Source: Phoronis australis (lineage: Eukaryota; Animalia; Phoronida). Taken from it: a DNA stretch of 64,000 nucleotides. Positions 12,401 to 26,132 of the stretch are shown here, one piece after another. Numbering within the stretch: the stretch's first letter is position 1; the number at the start of each line of letters is the position of its first letter. Where the stretch lies: contig NMRA01000070.1 in NCBI GenBank assembly GCA_002633005.1, positions 938,369 to 1,002,368 of the forward strand, in the 5' to 3' direction. Below the pieces are notes generated by a model. It did no database searches and was not told the origin of the DNA. It saw only the letters and a list, made by a program, of their open reading frames with translations. A program made the position numbers and the translations under genes.

Positions 12401-15400
12401 AAATTCGCGACTATTTGGCATAAAGCGTGCTTATTTAGTTTACTTTATGGTATTCATTTTATTCACTAACTGAAACCTCACAAACTAAGCAAGTGTATGG
12501 TGGGAACTCTTTAAGTCTATGCACCCAAACTAGACAGGTTAACATGTTGAACCAGTGCGACTGTTTGAAAAATCCGACGTCGGTCAATGGCTATTCAAAT
12601 CAGAAGATAGCTCTTTCACAATATCACCGACGATAGGAGGCACTGTACAGGCTTGATTCAGGACGCATGAACACTCTTTTAATGTCACATCTGTTTCACA
12701 GTTCTAATCAAAAATGCAATTGTCACTGCACGTTAGCACTCGTGAGGCACAACTGACCCTTGACCCACCTGTACATAAAACTTGTCATACGTTATAATTG
12801 GTCCGCAGAAAAACAGTGGGAAGTAAAAGCAGTAGACCAGCATATCAATGAAGCCACAAGATGGCAGGACCTCCCCTCCAGGTTTGGGTTTACGACATGC
12901 CTCCAGAGCAAAACTCGTGTATCGCATGTTCAGCAGAGCTGTAGTAAAAATGATGAATCGGTATTTGTTGTCTCCTGGATCCAGATCGAACAGTTCTTTC
13001 TAACGGGGAAAGGAAACACCAATCAACAACTGAGGAAACTGAAGAGTTTTAAGACATATGTTCAAATCATGTTTAACTACTTGAGCAAACACATTTTAAG
13101 CACATGTTCTCAAAGTAGAGACAAAGACAACCCTTGCAATTGTTACATGCATTTCATGACACATAGCTCGGAAAGTGATGTGATTTCACGATTCCACATC
13201 GCGGTATACCTGTTCTGGTAATGGACGGCTACAGACAATGCAACAAATCTGTAACTCGGTTGATGATTTTCCTTTTGTGGCTGGCGACAGGTGAAACTGT
13301 TCCTTATCTGACCAATTGAAGGTTGTGGAAAGCCTCGCAGAGGAAATTTTTAGTTTTTTGAAAGCGCCATTTTCAATTATTTTCCTCAACAGAGAAGAGA
13401 TGACCGACGTATACGGAGTTTGGGCTGCGGCAGCCTACAGAGGGCGTCTCGTCGACAGGGACATCCATATGACGTGGGAAAGGTACAAACGTCAAGGCAG
13501 CTGCCTATTATACTGTTGAGTTTAAAAGGTGTTATTTAACGGTTCTTTAAAGGCGCGTGCCTTAAAATTAGGACTGTTGCTTCTGAAGGATTTGTTTTTG
13601 ATCACCTGACCATAATTCTTTTAACTCAATTCCGTAATACCAATGATTGCAAAGAACGTAGTATCTTCGGAGATCTAAACGACGGCAGATCCGTCGATAC
13701 AAACCAACGCGGGCTGAGGCAGCGCTTCTTGACCTATAATCCTGACAAAGCCCTTGGGATAGGTCCATGCTTACTGAGCCAAGTCTTATTACCCTGTACA
13801 TGTTCACCTTTCAAATCAGCGAATGTCCGGCCGTCTTACGAATGCTGGCAAACGCAAGTTATGAATAACTTTAAGCATTGAAATGAAAATATCCATTGTT
13901 GTTTTCTCTTACCAGGGGATCGACGAAAGTGCTGAAGTTGAGAGACGACATAAGAACGATATTCACAAACCACACCAGTAACGCCGCCCTTGTGGTCGTT
14001 GCCACGATGTAGCTGAGAGTACAATGAATGATTTGGATGAGAAGGGCTCTCCATCCCAGCAACACTGTGAGAGATGTTAAAGTGTAGAAAAGGAAAACAA
14101 ACTTTCTGGCCTGCAATGGAAATGAAGAAGGGAACAGGAAGTAAATAAAGTCTCATGCAAAATGTTTAATCATACGAGGTAAAAATGTATTCTGTTCTTT
14201 CTGTTTGCACAGACGCATGGAAAAAACTAAGATATACACCACAGCATGAAGTCTGGAATTGTGTGATATTTTATAGCTAGTTAATCCTCGGCAACTTAAC
14301 ATTTACAACCTGATGACCTTCACGCCAGTTACAACTGAGTGTCTGGACCTTTTTCTGGAAAGTGAAGTTGGTCAGCACGGGATTACGGGCATTGCCTGTG
14401 TATGCTTTTTACTGTAATGCTCAGTGTCCCTATTTCTAAGGCTACGATTCGGAGTTTAAGTTTAGATCTCGGAACCCGAGTCGAAAGTTGCTCATGCAAA
14501 TTTCCACTCGAATAGTGGGGCAGGGTTGGTTGTAAGTTTCACGTCCGAGTCAGTCCCAATCAATCATTGGTTCGGGGATTAGACCCTGGACCTATTGATG
14601 CTATGGTAAGGTCAATATCCAAGCCTTAAATGCCTTGGGAGCCTTTAAGAGAAGTGTCACTAATTTAACATTAGACATACATATACCTTTGGAAACAATG
14701 CAGATGAAATTTTGCTAACAACCACGTGACCAGTGAACCAAGGCCAGAGGATTGCGGCCCAGTTCCGGTCAAATGTCCATTCGTCATTAGCAATATCTTT
14801 CTCACGCCCCAGCCACGCCCATCCAGGTGCAAATGAATGATTCGGCAGGTCCTTTCTGTATTCTGTAACATTATTAAAGCTGCCATGAGCACATGTTTGC
14901 CGTCAAAACGACCACTTGCTGATAAAATTAGTTTCGGGTACCGAATAAGGCTCACTCAAGCAACACCATGACAGCTGCTCACCCTGCGATGATTAATTCT
15001 CGGAAGATCGTGACATGTCCTGTTCCAAGCGGGTGGAAAACTCATGTACATACACGATGTATGGGTTATCATATAAGCACGTACACGTAGCAAGTCTAGT
15101 TATCAGTCATACAATATACATACATGTACATGTCAGTGACTTTCCAGCGTTGACTGAAAGTAGCGTGTCTCGGTTCCCCAAGCGGTATTGTTTGCGGAAA
15201 TGCCATTGTGTTCATGAGAGCGAGTATTTTTTCAATAAGCCATTTGGTAACAGGGAAAGTGTTCTTAACAGTTATTGTACACTACAAAGCTGTAAGCAAT
15301 TGTAGCTGAACAATATTACTTTTGAGCTCCAAATCAGAACCATGTAATGTTGTTTTACAAATTTCATCACGGATTGACGTTGCCATATTTTCGCCCTCAC

Positions 15401-17697
15401 AATAACTGTGCAGATTTATATCCATTCGTCTTGCAACACGTATGATAGTCATTAAAACGAGTATATTCAATTAATTATAGATAATGGGTTCCAGTCAATC
15501 GATGGTAAAACAAGCATTACACAGCTCAGTGAAATAGTTGAAAGCGACTGGATTGCGCTACAGTTGTATCGGCGTAATGGTAGGGCATTACTTTTGTTTT
15601 CGAAGTTTGACTTGAGACTAACAAGCACTTCTACTGTCTCATGACAGATATAACTATTCGTAATTCACTATCGATTAAGAAATCTTTTGAAATAGGCACA
15701 ACATTGACGTAAAAATAGTTCTTTTTAAATTCAGTCTTAACCATTTGTTCATTGATATTGTCTTGTTTAGTATCTGGCTAACATAAAAATGTTGTAGTCA
15801 CTCCCTTGTTGTGAAATAGCCACGGGGGGAGGGGTTTGTACATCTTACATTAGACACCCGTGCTACAAACTACTGATGAACAGCACAGGTTGTCTAACAT
15901 TTTAAAGTTGGTTTCGCCCTGTTTCACTGGCTAAAATGGAAATCGAATTAGGCCGTATAACCTTCCGTACGTGATAGGATTCCGTTACTTACAAGATCAT
16001 CGAAACCAATACGTCTCTAGAGTCTGGACGTACGCCACTTTAACTTCTACTATTGAAAGCAAGCTTGATGAGAAAATAAAATTCTTCGATTTCACTTTAA
16101 AGTTCAGTACCATTTGAATCCTTATTGACGCAAGCGAATGCTGTCGGGTAAAATATTTCCCTGTCCAATAAAGGGTCCGTCCCCTCAAGGCATGTCTGAT
16201 GCATAGGTCACTATCTAGATTAATAATATAGTAATGCTCAAAATAAAGAAAGTAAAATTCTTCGATACTCTGCCAGACTTAATTAAAGATATTGACAGAA
16301 GTATGTGGTAATTATTTTGTTCCATTTAAATAGTATGTTGGTCTAGCTCTTGTCGCTGAGTCGTCATTGACGGTATCCCGTGTTTGTCTATGTTAGTTTT
16401 GCAGAGCAACTTGCGAATTTATTTATAAATTTAGATATCTTTTGGGTTGAGATCATTGTCTATCAATACCAGTCTTTGAGCAGTGTACATGGGTATACTT
16501 TGGATTGCATGTTATTACTTTTGTGTGATGAATAGATATTAATTAGATAAATCAATAAATCGTTCAAAACGCATTTCACGGTCCGCCAAAGTAGCATTAG
16601 TTGCCCACAAGCAAAGTATATTGGGACAATTTTAAGTTCATTACCAATTTTTGGGAGCTGCGCATAACCATGACATGTTAGATCTAGTCCTCCATCATAT
16701 AAGATGTTCATTAGGAACACTTAGATTCAAAATGTTCAAAATATCATTGTGCACAAATACCGCTTTCGTTTGCAATTTCTCGATTATCCGTCACGGTCCT
16801 TCTTCAGAGCGGAGATCAAGAAACGGGATCAGCATTTAAATAAGGTTGGAAAGGCCTGAATTCACAATGCTCCTTCGGATATGCAAAAAAATTCTAGGTG
16901 AGACCCTACAAAATGCCAGAATTCTCCTCCGGGAATGACATATCTAAAAATGACTGACTAGGCTCATAAAACATGCACGTGCTATGGTTTAGGCACTCTT
17001 AAGAAACGTTGTTATTAATTGTTTGAAAAAGATCCCACTTGTGCTTGGAACGCTATTAAAAACTCGAACTTTACAAAAAACACAAGACATGCAGAAAATT
17101 AAAGCTAAACGAAGTAAAAAATTCTGTAACGGCGTTTTTGAGGTTTCATCTTGTATACTTACATCAAGTGAAATTCGGCCTTGTAATTGATACATGTACT
17201 ATTGTTTTGCTATGAATGTATCATTCGTTTTTGTTAAATGTTGATAAAAATAGATGGTCACGTGATCCAATTAATGGCAGACAAGTTTATAAGCTCCATC
17301 ATAATGTTATATGCAAAGCTAGCCATGTCCGAACGGACACTTTTTCGTTTGAGATTTAACTACTTTACACTCGTAATCTTATAGGTAAGCATGAACAAGT
17401 CGAACATTTTCCAGTGTTTTTGTCCTGGGTTGTGGTTGCCTACAGCAGTATTCATGTTCAATCGTCTTACTGAAGTAAGCCAGCATCCCATATTACCGTT
17501 GAGACTACGAGGGAAATTGACTTACCATTACTGGCCAAGTAAGCCGTGTAAACGGAATATGCATAAATGCCTAGGTAGATTGTCCAGTACAAAAACGACT
17601 CTATGGTGGAATTGGCTGGGTACAAACGCGATTGCGGTCTTTCTGTGGCTGCTGGAGACGTTTCGGTTTCTGTTTTAGCATGTCGTTTCCTCGTCAT
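9419..17697 (-). CDS. HHAT: Hedgehog acyltransferase-like (MBOAT family protein-cysteine N-palmitoyltransferase), 9 exons, 526 aa
   Basis: Exons 17697-17526, 14862-14687, 14110-13913, 12999-12769, 12361-12039, 11537-11502, 10898-10706, 10160-10022, 9531-9419. All GT-AG and phase-consistent, total 1581 nt. HHAT motifs: MRYTSFALE, YCFYFPLFFCGPIITYDKF, YFMVKYVVVFG, LWKYFDRGL..YLKRYIYLPLGG, and catalytic His in YFHG (His retained, so HHAT rather than HHATL). Confidence 0.92.
10524..10610 (+). pseudogene. tRNA-derived relic (tRNA-Gly-like 3' half or SINE head) in an HHAT intron
   Basis: cttccacgcggagaatcccgggtcaagtcccgg resembles the anticodon-to-T-arm segment of tRNA-Gly, followed by a T-run; the D-arm/A-box is degenerate. 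Confidence 0.4.
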
Positions 17698-19458
17698 GTA
17701 GCACAAGCACGGTACTTTTCTTCCAGCAGACAGTACTTGCCAGCACTGGCCTCAAAACAACAGTTCACCCTATTCTGGCCACAAAATAAGCTGCGTACTG
17801 TGTAGCGTTTAATGGACATTCAGACAACGATTGGGAAATACCAGGTGCCGTTATATTGTCATACTATCGATCATTATCCACAAAGTACAACAGTTTATAT
17901 TTACACGCATCTGCAACGAAATCTATTCATCTTTTGCTGTAGTCGCCAGGGGCGCTGTAGCCTTTGTTGTACTTCTCAAGAGATGCGGGTGTCAAAAATA
18001 TCTGCTTTGCTCGTACATTACAAGCGAAAGTTCGTGTATCGTGTCTAGTTCTACAATTGAATAGCTACTGAGTATTTGGAATTAATTCGCCACATTTTCC
18101 GAAATTGGAATGTCCACAGAGTTTGGGTTACTTTTTTAAATTGAACACTACTTTGTTACGTGGGTGAAACTTAACAAATAACAAAAATATAGGTACATTC
18201 AAAGCAAAATAACAATAATCAAATTTCACTTGATATAAATTTTCAAGATCAAAACATGCTGTGAAAGCTTTCTATGTTGTTCCGTTTTATATTTGGTGTT
18301 TCAATGAAAATCATGAAACTCCCATTTTTTGATAATCTTTATGCATAATTGTAGCATTTAAAAACAAATTCTAAAAGTTCATTGAAGAATTGCGTACAAA
18401 AAGGTATCTGAAGGTTTCATATGAGATATGAATGAAAGACCCAAAATTGTGCAAATTTTGACCATTTCGTAGGGTCCCACATAACCTTACTTTTAAAATA
18501 CCAAAGCGAACATCTTAACATCAGATGACCAAGGTATATTTTAACACAAGTGTACAAATAGTGTACAGAAACACTTTAGAACTTAATCATTGCTCATGCG
18601 ATTCCTTTCGCTGAAAATGTTTGGGGATTTTGCATTTTATCGCACGAGCGCAGAAACGCAGATTTGGTAAGTGGTGTTCACTGCCGGAGTAATGTTTTAC
18701 TGAAAAACTTCGAAGGAAAAACTATAGCACTGACGTATACTGGGCGAGGCAAGAAGCATTCCTACCTGGCTCGCAATTTCTGGCAAGTAGGTAACTCTGT
18801 GTCTTCTAAATGCCTAAAATTGATCAAATGAAGGAAGAAACAGTACAGTTTGTGATTGCTTGGTTTTGTCTGTTAATTTTTATATTCAGTTTATTTTACA
18901 CACTAGAACTACAGGTATTATTATACTGGGTATATAAATATTTGTCACAGAATAAAACACGCATAAATAACGCGGTGTGAAATTTTAATGAAACTAAACG
19001 TAAAAATTAACCTGTTTCTTCCTTTCAATTGACGAACACTTGGCAAGCCCAATGAGAGGGTTATGGATTAAAACGGGCTTAAGTGTTCTTTAGGAACGCT
19101 GTGATAAAGCGCTTATGGAAGTCTTGGCTTATCACGTGAATGGGGATGTTTGTGCTCATAATAATAAGGTAGTGAATGAAGGAATCGACTGGAGAGCTGT
19201 GCAGGTACGTACAATGAACTGGACCTATTCTCTGAAAAGCATAGTAAATAATGATTTTCAATGCCTTTATTGATTGGCGTTTCTGATTTCAATACACTTC
19301 GTTGTTAAAGTTTCCAGAGACAAAATATAGGCAACAATAAATTACTAGGCGACTCGTACGAGCTAACAACGTAACGACATCGGACTTACCAACAAATAAA
19401 TTGAGTCATTTTTTTTCATTTCCCGCACAAGGTGTACAAGGCCGTAACATTTCTTACG

Positions 19459-22400
19459 ATGGTAAGTAAGTAAACTGCTTTGTAACTTTACTCTGAAAAT
19501 ACACTGAACGAGTACCTGTACGAAGTAAACTGCTTTGTAACTTTACTCCAAAAATACACTGTACGTGTACCTGTACGGTGCGTTCACACGTACACGTACA
19601 TGCACGTAGGGTTTTCCTCTAATTAAGAATCAACGTGTGTAACTTCTGCCCATTGGGCAAACGGCAATTACAGCAGCCAATTAGATGCAAAGGCATGAGT
19701 GCATTGACCGGCCACATATAAAATCGCATTTGACTTGTTATTGTCAAACCCTTAGATGGATAACATCGACGCCAGCAATAAACGATTGTAATCACAAGGC
19801 TAACATTTTATCGATCAAGTGTTCAACTTACAAAACACGAAGTCCCAATATCATTGCTACGCTGGACGTCCACAAAATTGCGCTAAATCGTTACTTGCTT
19901 ACCCGTTTGACAACTGCGAAACATTTATAAATGCAAATACAGTTTACGTACAGTGAATGGGGCAGTTGTTTTGGACAGTTTCCCCTGAACCCTTCTCGAA
20001 GGCCAGAGATATCGCGCAGTCTACAAACCATGCATGACTACAGGCAGCATGTAGCTGTATTTCATAAGGAGTTCCGTTATTTTTGCAAATATATTTCTAT
20101 GACGATCAAATCAGTCGACATCATTTTTTAGATACTTTACTTTTACATGTATATCCCTGGCGGAAGTTTCTATAACTAGATTTCTTTCGTGAAATTTGGC
20201 CAAAACGTTTCCAATGAGAAAATGATGGCACATGTATGTTTGCGAACGAATTTTCAATATTAATCAAATATTCTGTTTGGATACTTTGTTTTCTGTATAT
20301 TATTGTACCTGAGGTTGACTTCTGATTAATATCGAAACGTTATTTTAACTGAACCGTCAAACCATTGCTTGTCTTACATTTATAAACAGCCGTTCTATGA
20401 CATATTTCCAATAATATAAAACTGTTCCATCATTTGCCCACTCAGAATTCCAGTTATGGCTGCAGTGATTATAGTGCATGTAGCTATTACAATGTCCAAT
20501 AAGTTAAAATGAAAGGGGTGTTGACTGACTGACTGAGGAAGAAAAACATGATACATGATAATATTATTTATAATAGTTGTAGTAAAGATTACTTTAAAAA
20601 TTTTATTATACATACTTTTGCACAGAAACTCGACCATTATGTGCTTTTAAGTAATTATCATAATGAAAAAGAAATCAGAGAAATTTATTTTTTACTCTGT
20701 AGCCGTCCCGTAAATCCTGAATTAAAGAATTTCAGGTACCCATAGATGAAAATTTAAAAATATCACTTTATACTAAATAGGGGTGGTCCAAACTTATAAG
20801 TGCTCCTATTGTAATGAGTTACAGACTTTACTTCATATTATGTTTTATTACTGCACGTGTCAGGACTTTCTGGGAATCAGAGCAAGCACTCTTAAATAAA
20901 GCCCTAAATACGTAATACATGTTTACGATTTGGACATATTAGATTTTGTTCAAAACTCTAATCTAACTCACAAGTTAATTTGCAATACCATTAACACACT
21001 TGCACTTTACTTCATTTATCAGACTACAAAAGTAGAAAAGCCTCTCTTTTTATTGATTTCAAGTTGAAGTTACAAACTTTTATAAACACAATTTTAACAG
21101 ATACCTCGGACACAAATGTGGATAAACGGAGAGGTCTGCACGCACGCTTTTAATCTATTAGTATTCTAGGAATGATCAAAGTTCTACTGTTATTAGTATA
21201 TTTATACATGTATGTGGGTATGTTTGCATGTATTTATATAGCACATAATTTCATCAGACATCATATCAACACAGCGTGAGTGTGTGTATGAATGGCGCGT
21301 GAAAGTCCTTCCCCCCGCTTCCCTTTTCCCGTTTCAGTTACATTTTATTGCTTTATATATTTATTGGTTAATATTATATACTTTTGTTAAAGCCAGATCT
21401 CAGGCGCCCAACCTCAGACTGGCTTTGTATTATTGTCTTGGTAATATATGTATAAAAAATGATACATCCATACGCTGCTAAAAGTTGGAGGAATCGATAT
21501 TCACTAGGCTTTGCTAAGGTGACTCTCTTTAACGTCTGGGGATAGTTGAGGATGCAGAGGGAACTTCATCAGAATGAGGGAGTTCGTGTAATAAAGGGCA
21601 GACTGTGGTTACCTGTTAATTTGCAGACTATTCTATGGACAGTCCTCATTTTCACAACCCAGAAAATTTTCAGTTCAAGGTTGTATTGACTTTCACTCAC
21701 GGCCGACGAGTCTACAGAAAGCCGCCTTGCGTTGATAACGTCGATTCGCCTTCCGTTTAACGTTACGCTTAGCATGTCATCTGAAAATCTCCTTCGTTGA
21801 TTTTTCAGGCAATCAGTTTGACAGATGAGCAACAGCAAGGTAATTGGCTTTAAAACTTCTTGAAGTGGTTCTGAATCATGTCATATTCTGGACATTTTGA
21901 AGTGTAATTCTTCGTAAGCCTTGTCAATCTAGAACTCTTTGCTAAATTGGCAAGCGTGTATAACGCTTTGGAGAGTTAATGTTCGACGGTGTCGAAAGGT
22001 TGTCCATATCGACCTTCAGAGGGCTACTTCATGATGCAAGGAACAAGGGTGTAGATTAAGTAATGTTACCAGGGGATAATTAATGGGTAGCACCTACAAA
22101 CGCAGTTAGGCCACGCCTTCCATGGTTATACCTATGCGACATGCTGAAAGCTGAACTCCAATTTGCCGGAAATCCTGTGCAAGCGTACTACAGCAACATA
22201 TTCTTTATCGTGTGTGTGTTTTAATAAATATAAGTCTATGGAATTGTTGCCATAAAAATCCATATTTTTGGGTCCCGTGGAACAAACTGTTGCACGCACT
22301 GGTACATCAAGACTTTGAGCCCATTTATAAATTGCGCCATCCCATTAACGCCCATGTGTCTGGTAAATTCAGACCGACGCCTGGTGCAGTACTTGGTCGT

Positions 22401-25400
22401 ATTGCACTTTTATGTTCGGCAACAAGATTAGGTTGCCCGGTAAGGGCGAAGATATACGACGCGGTGCAGGCAAAATCGTCACGGTTCAATTTGCCAAACT
22501 TGTGCTGTGAACTGTGTAGCAAACCATTCGTTGTAAAACTCATTACCCACTTTTCTTTATTCTCTATATAAAAACGAATGTGCAAAATTAAAGTTTTTAT
22601 GTTAAAATCACAATTTGTTTTGGTTTTACTTTTCCGTCCGATGTTTTTAAAATATTTCTGTCTTACTTATCACGTCATCAGCATTCGATCCTGCAATAAT
22701 TCTGTTCACAAGATGGCGAGACAGTAAAAAAGCCAAACTTTAGCAGCACAAAGCTCTTGCTCCACCATAATGGCAGAATAGCAACAACCTATAAAATTAC
22801 GCCTAACAAAAGACGTCGATTAAGTCACAAATGTTCGTAAGGAGAGAACTGTTTCATTAGATCATATAGACGAGATATAACACATAAGTATTCCCGCAAA
22901 AGTTTTTCTAAATTAACTAACCAGAAATTCTCGTGGCGTATTCAATTTCTATGACAGACGCATTTGACATGATACATGACATTGCTTGGGTAGAGTTCAA
23001 AAACTCTAGGAAATCGCTAGAAAAGCAATACTTTGCGAGATAACGCGAGACATGATCGCATATTTTCATTGAAAACACGTGATTCTGGCTTCTAGCCCCG
23101 TGATAGCTATTGAAGCCTACCATGGTATGTTGTGAATTAATAACAGTTGTTTTTCAGAAATCAAACGGCGCTTCGAACAGTTCGATACATCCGGCAATGG
23201 TTCGATTGAGCAGAAAGATTTGGAAGTCCTCTTGCGCTCGCTTGGAATGAATCCATCACAACAGGAGATAACAGAATTGAAAAGCAAAATTCCAAGTGGT
23301 GATTGTGAATAAAACTTAGATTTGATTTGCAGCGTGTCAGCTTCATTAGTGAATTCTACTTGTTTGGGTAAAAGAAACGGGAAATAGTGTTACTCGCATC
23401 AAGTGCTGGTAGCAATTAGTTTGGTGGCCGGAATGGGTAAGGCAAGGAATAAACAAATCTTCCAATTGTCAGATTAAATTAACAAGGGTCTCAAGTTTAA
23501 AGGTGTGTAGGCGTATTCATGTCAGCAGGTCAACATATAGCAAACCTGATAAACTGTATTATAACTCGACTAACTTTGGAACCATTTTCTAGAAAACGAC
23601 CGCGTTGACTACCCGACAGTGGTCACATTGATTACGCCGATTTGGAGAGACGTTAAGGATGAAGAAGTATTGCTCACACAAGCCTTCGAATCCATCTGTA
23701 AAGACGGCGATGGTCTGGTCACGTTTGAGCAACTCCGTAACGTAAGTACTTGTTCAGTTCATTCCGTCCTCCAAAATGTGTGTGCGTAGCATGCGGCGCG
23801 ACACTGTTTGCTGCTCATTCAAAACAGGCTTCTCGAATGTAATCAAAAGTAACTACAATACTTTCAATAGTAGCACACCGTGCTCTCGGTATTGCTGAAT
23901 TGACGTGTTTTTCGACAATTTCTTAACCGGTGATTTTACGTTCATGGCAGTGCACAATGTTCTTGGACAGCGCCAATTTGAAGATGCAGAGATAACGGAC
24001 GAGAAATACAGCAAACCGTTTGACCAATGTAACATTGCCTGACATTTGAACGAAGACATTCGTTCATAAGGCATACAAACTCATAAACAAAACTATTCTG
24101 AGCAACGGGGCGGACTTTCGCTTTAAAATGTAATTTATAGTGACGAAGTTGGAAGATTTCTTATCCCGATACTAAGCTTTAGCATTATCCCCGCGGATTT
24201 TCTTAATGTCGTGTTCGTCCTGGAGGTAAGTATTGGATTTATCATTTTTATAAAATACCTTTTTGGTCACATCGGTGCAACGGGCAGTGGATTTACAATT
24301 AATTTTGAACACGACTCGACTAATCTGACAGGTTTACTTAAGCATTGATGAAACCATGTGCGTTTTATACATGTACGATCTACCTCTTGACTGAAGGATA
24401 GCGAATTAGACGACACCACTCTATGCGAGTATATGAATGGGTGCGTGTATATACATGTACATGGAAACGGTTATAGTTTTTTAGTTACCACAAGCAGCTT
24501 AATGTAAGATGAATTATTCTGCAAACTGACATAACGATTACAAAAAATTCGAAGTTTTTCGATAAGAGCGCGAGAGTACATAACTCAATCGACTGAGTGT
24601 CATTTTATTTCAAATGAACCCGAAGACTATGCTCAAATCATTAATGAAGCGTAATCTAAGTTGTTTTCTGGTGGCTCGGATCCTATAAATTCAATATATG
24701 ACATGCACATTGTGCAGGGCTTCCAAAGCACCACGTCTCTTTGTTACAGAGCAAACTGTTCGCGCAACTGATGCACAGAGATGTGAGCTGGCGTTGAGCA
24801 AAACATTATCGAGGAAGTCAATGATCCTCGTAAATTTTGTTTGCCAAACACCGGTTAATCATTACGATTTGCTTTTGAATCTGGTACCTTTAACCGAGCT
24901 GCCACCGTTAATCACGTAGCAGAGTTCTGGCATCTAGAGTCCCGCTTCTTTAATTGTACATCTACTTGGAACACTCTTAGTTCCAAAGGCCCAGTCGCTT
25001 ACCATGCGTTCATCTCATCGTCATTAATTGACATGAACTTGTTCAACACAATGCTCGATCTCGTTTCACTCCTCTCTTCCCTTTCAGTTGTTATCTATGC
25101 AAGGCGAGACAATGACGGGTGCAGAGATTGAGGACTTACTCGCCATAGTGGAAACAAAAGATGACAAAGTCCCGTACGCTGGTGAGTGAAAGCTCTCGTT
25201 TCATGTATGCAATTTTTCATCGGTTTCTCGTTCAACAATCGGTGAATGTAGACTCTGGTCCAAAAGTCGTCTTCGACTTCTCATGAGAGACGAATGAAAG
25301 TCGGAGTAAAATTGGGTGTGTTCCATTTTAACTGAGACTGTGTAGGTACAAGTGTATACATGTACATTCATACTACTAAGCAAAATATTTTGAGACAACA

Positions 25401-26132
25401 ATCAATATAAAAGCTCAATACATGTATATGTTAATAATTTTGTAACATGCTGAAAGGAAATTGCAGCTCCATAATGCAATTATAAATTAAACTAGCCTAT
25501 TGTCAAAACAAGCCTAGTATTGAGGTCACACAAGTACAAACTGGGCTAAATCCGTTTACCAATCAGACTAAAGACGATCTCTGGATCTTGGGCTGTACGT
25601 AAGCACTTTGAGTGGTTGAGGCCATGTTCAATTTATGAGCCATCCCAATGTGTTGTCCTGGTGTTCGTTTATGGACGTGCTCTATTTCAACCGAACTTTA
25701 AGCTGGAAATGTAAAGTGGCCGAGGACTTATCTACAACACCGATTAGCCCTAGGCCTATATGGCAGTCAGTTAAGGAGTAGACGAAAAATCAAAGGGCTT
25801 GAATCTCTGATTACTGCAAGTAGACAAAACCGTCAGTAAGGTCCCGACTGTTGCACTGAAGAAAACGACGAGAGCCAAGTTCCTTGGAAACTACAGCGGC
25901 AGTGATATAAAGATACGAAGGTGTTTTCCAGAAAAAATACCAAGTGTTAATAACATGTGTAAATTGTGAAAATGTGCGTCACCAAACGTGTCCATTAAAT
26001 AGACCCATGTGTACATTAATTCTGGCTATTAGGGAAATCACTGTTTTTCATCTATTAAATGATCGTCTAAGTTGCGTAGTAAGCTGCTCTTTGTTTGCAG
26101 AACTCGTCAAGGCGATGTGCGCCGCCAACTAA
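19459..26132 (+). CDS. Divergent calmodulin-like EF-hand protein, 6 exons, 149 aa
   Basis: Exons 19459-19461 (ATG|gtaagt), 21809-21839, 23158-23298, 23593-23741, 25088-25181, 26101-26132 (450 nt). Translation: MAISLTDEQQQEIKRRFEQFDTSGNGSIEQKDLEVLLRSLGMNPSQQEI...LTQAFESICKDGDGLVTFEQLRNLLSMQGETMTGAEIEDLL...ELVKAMCAAN. The ATG-only exon 1 and 31-nt exon 2 match calmodulin gene structure. The exon 3 donor could be 3 nt earlier. Confidence 0.88.
19468..19577. repeat. Tandem duplication, 2 x 55 bp, directly after the exon-1 donor of the calmodulin-like gene
   Basis: aagtaaactgctttgtaactttactc..aaaatacactg.acg.gtacctgtacg occurs twice with a few mismatches. Confidence 0.9.

Noticed and set aside
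21850-22585. Possible reverse-transcriptase relic (FDTVEH, IPANW) and 119-aa/86-aa ORFs in intron 2 of the calmodulin-like gene
   Set aside because: Motifs are too short and wrongly spaced, with many stops.
23121-23157. ATG|gtatgt just upstream of exon 3 as the calmodulin-like start
   Set aside because: Would need a 33-nt intron in the wrong phase; the 19459 and 21809 exons fit.
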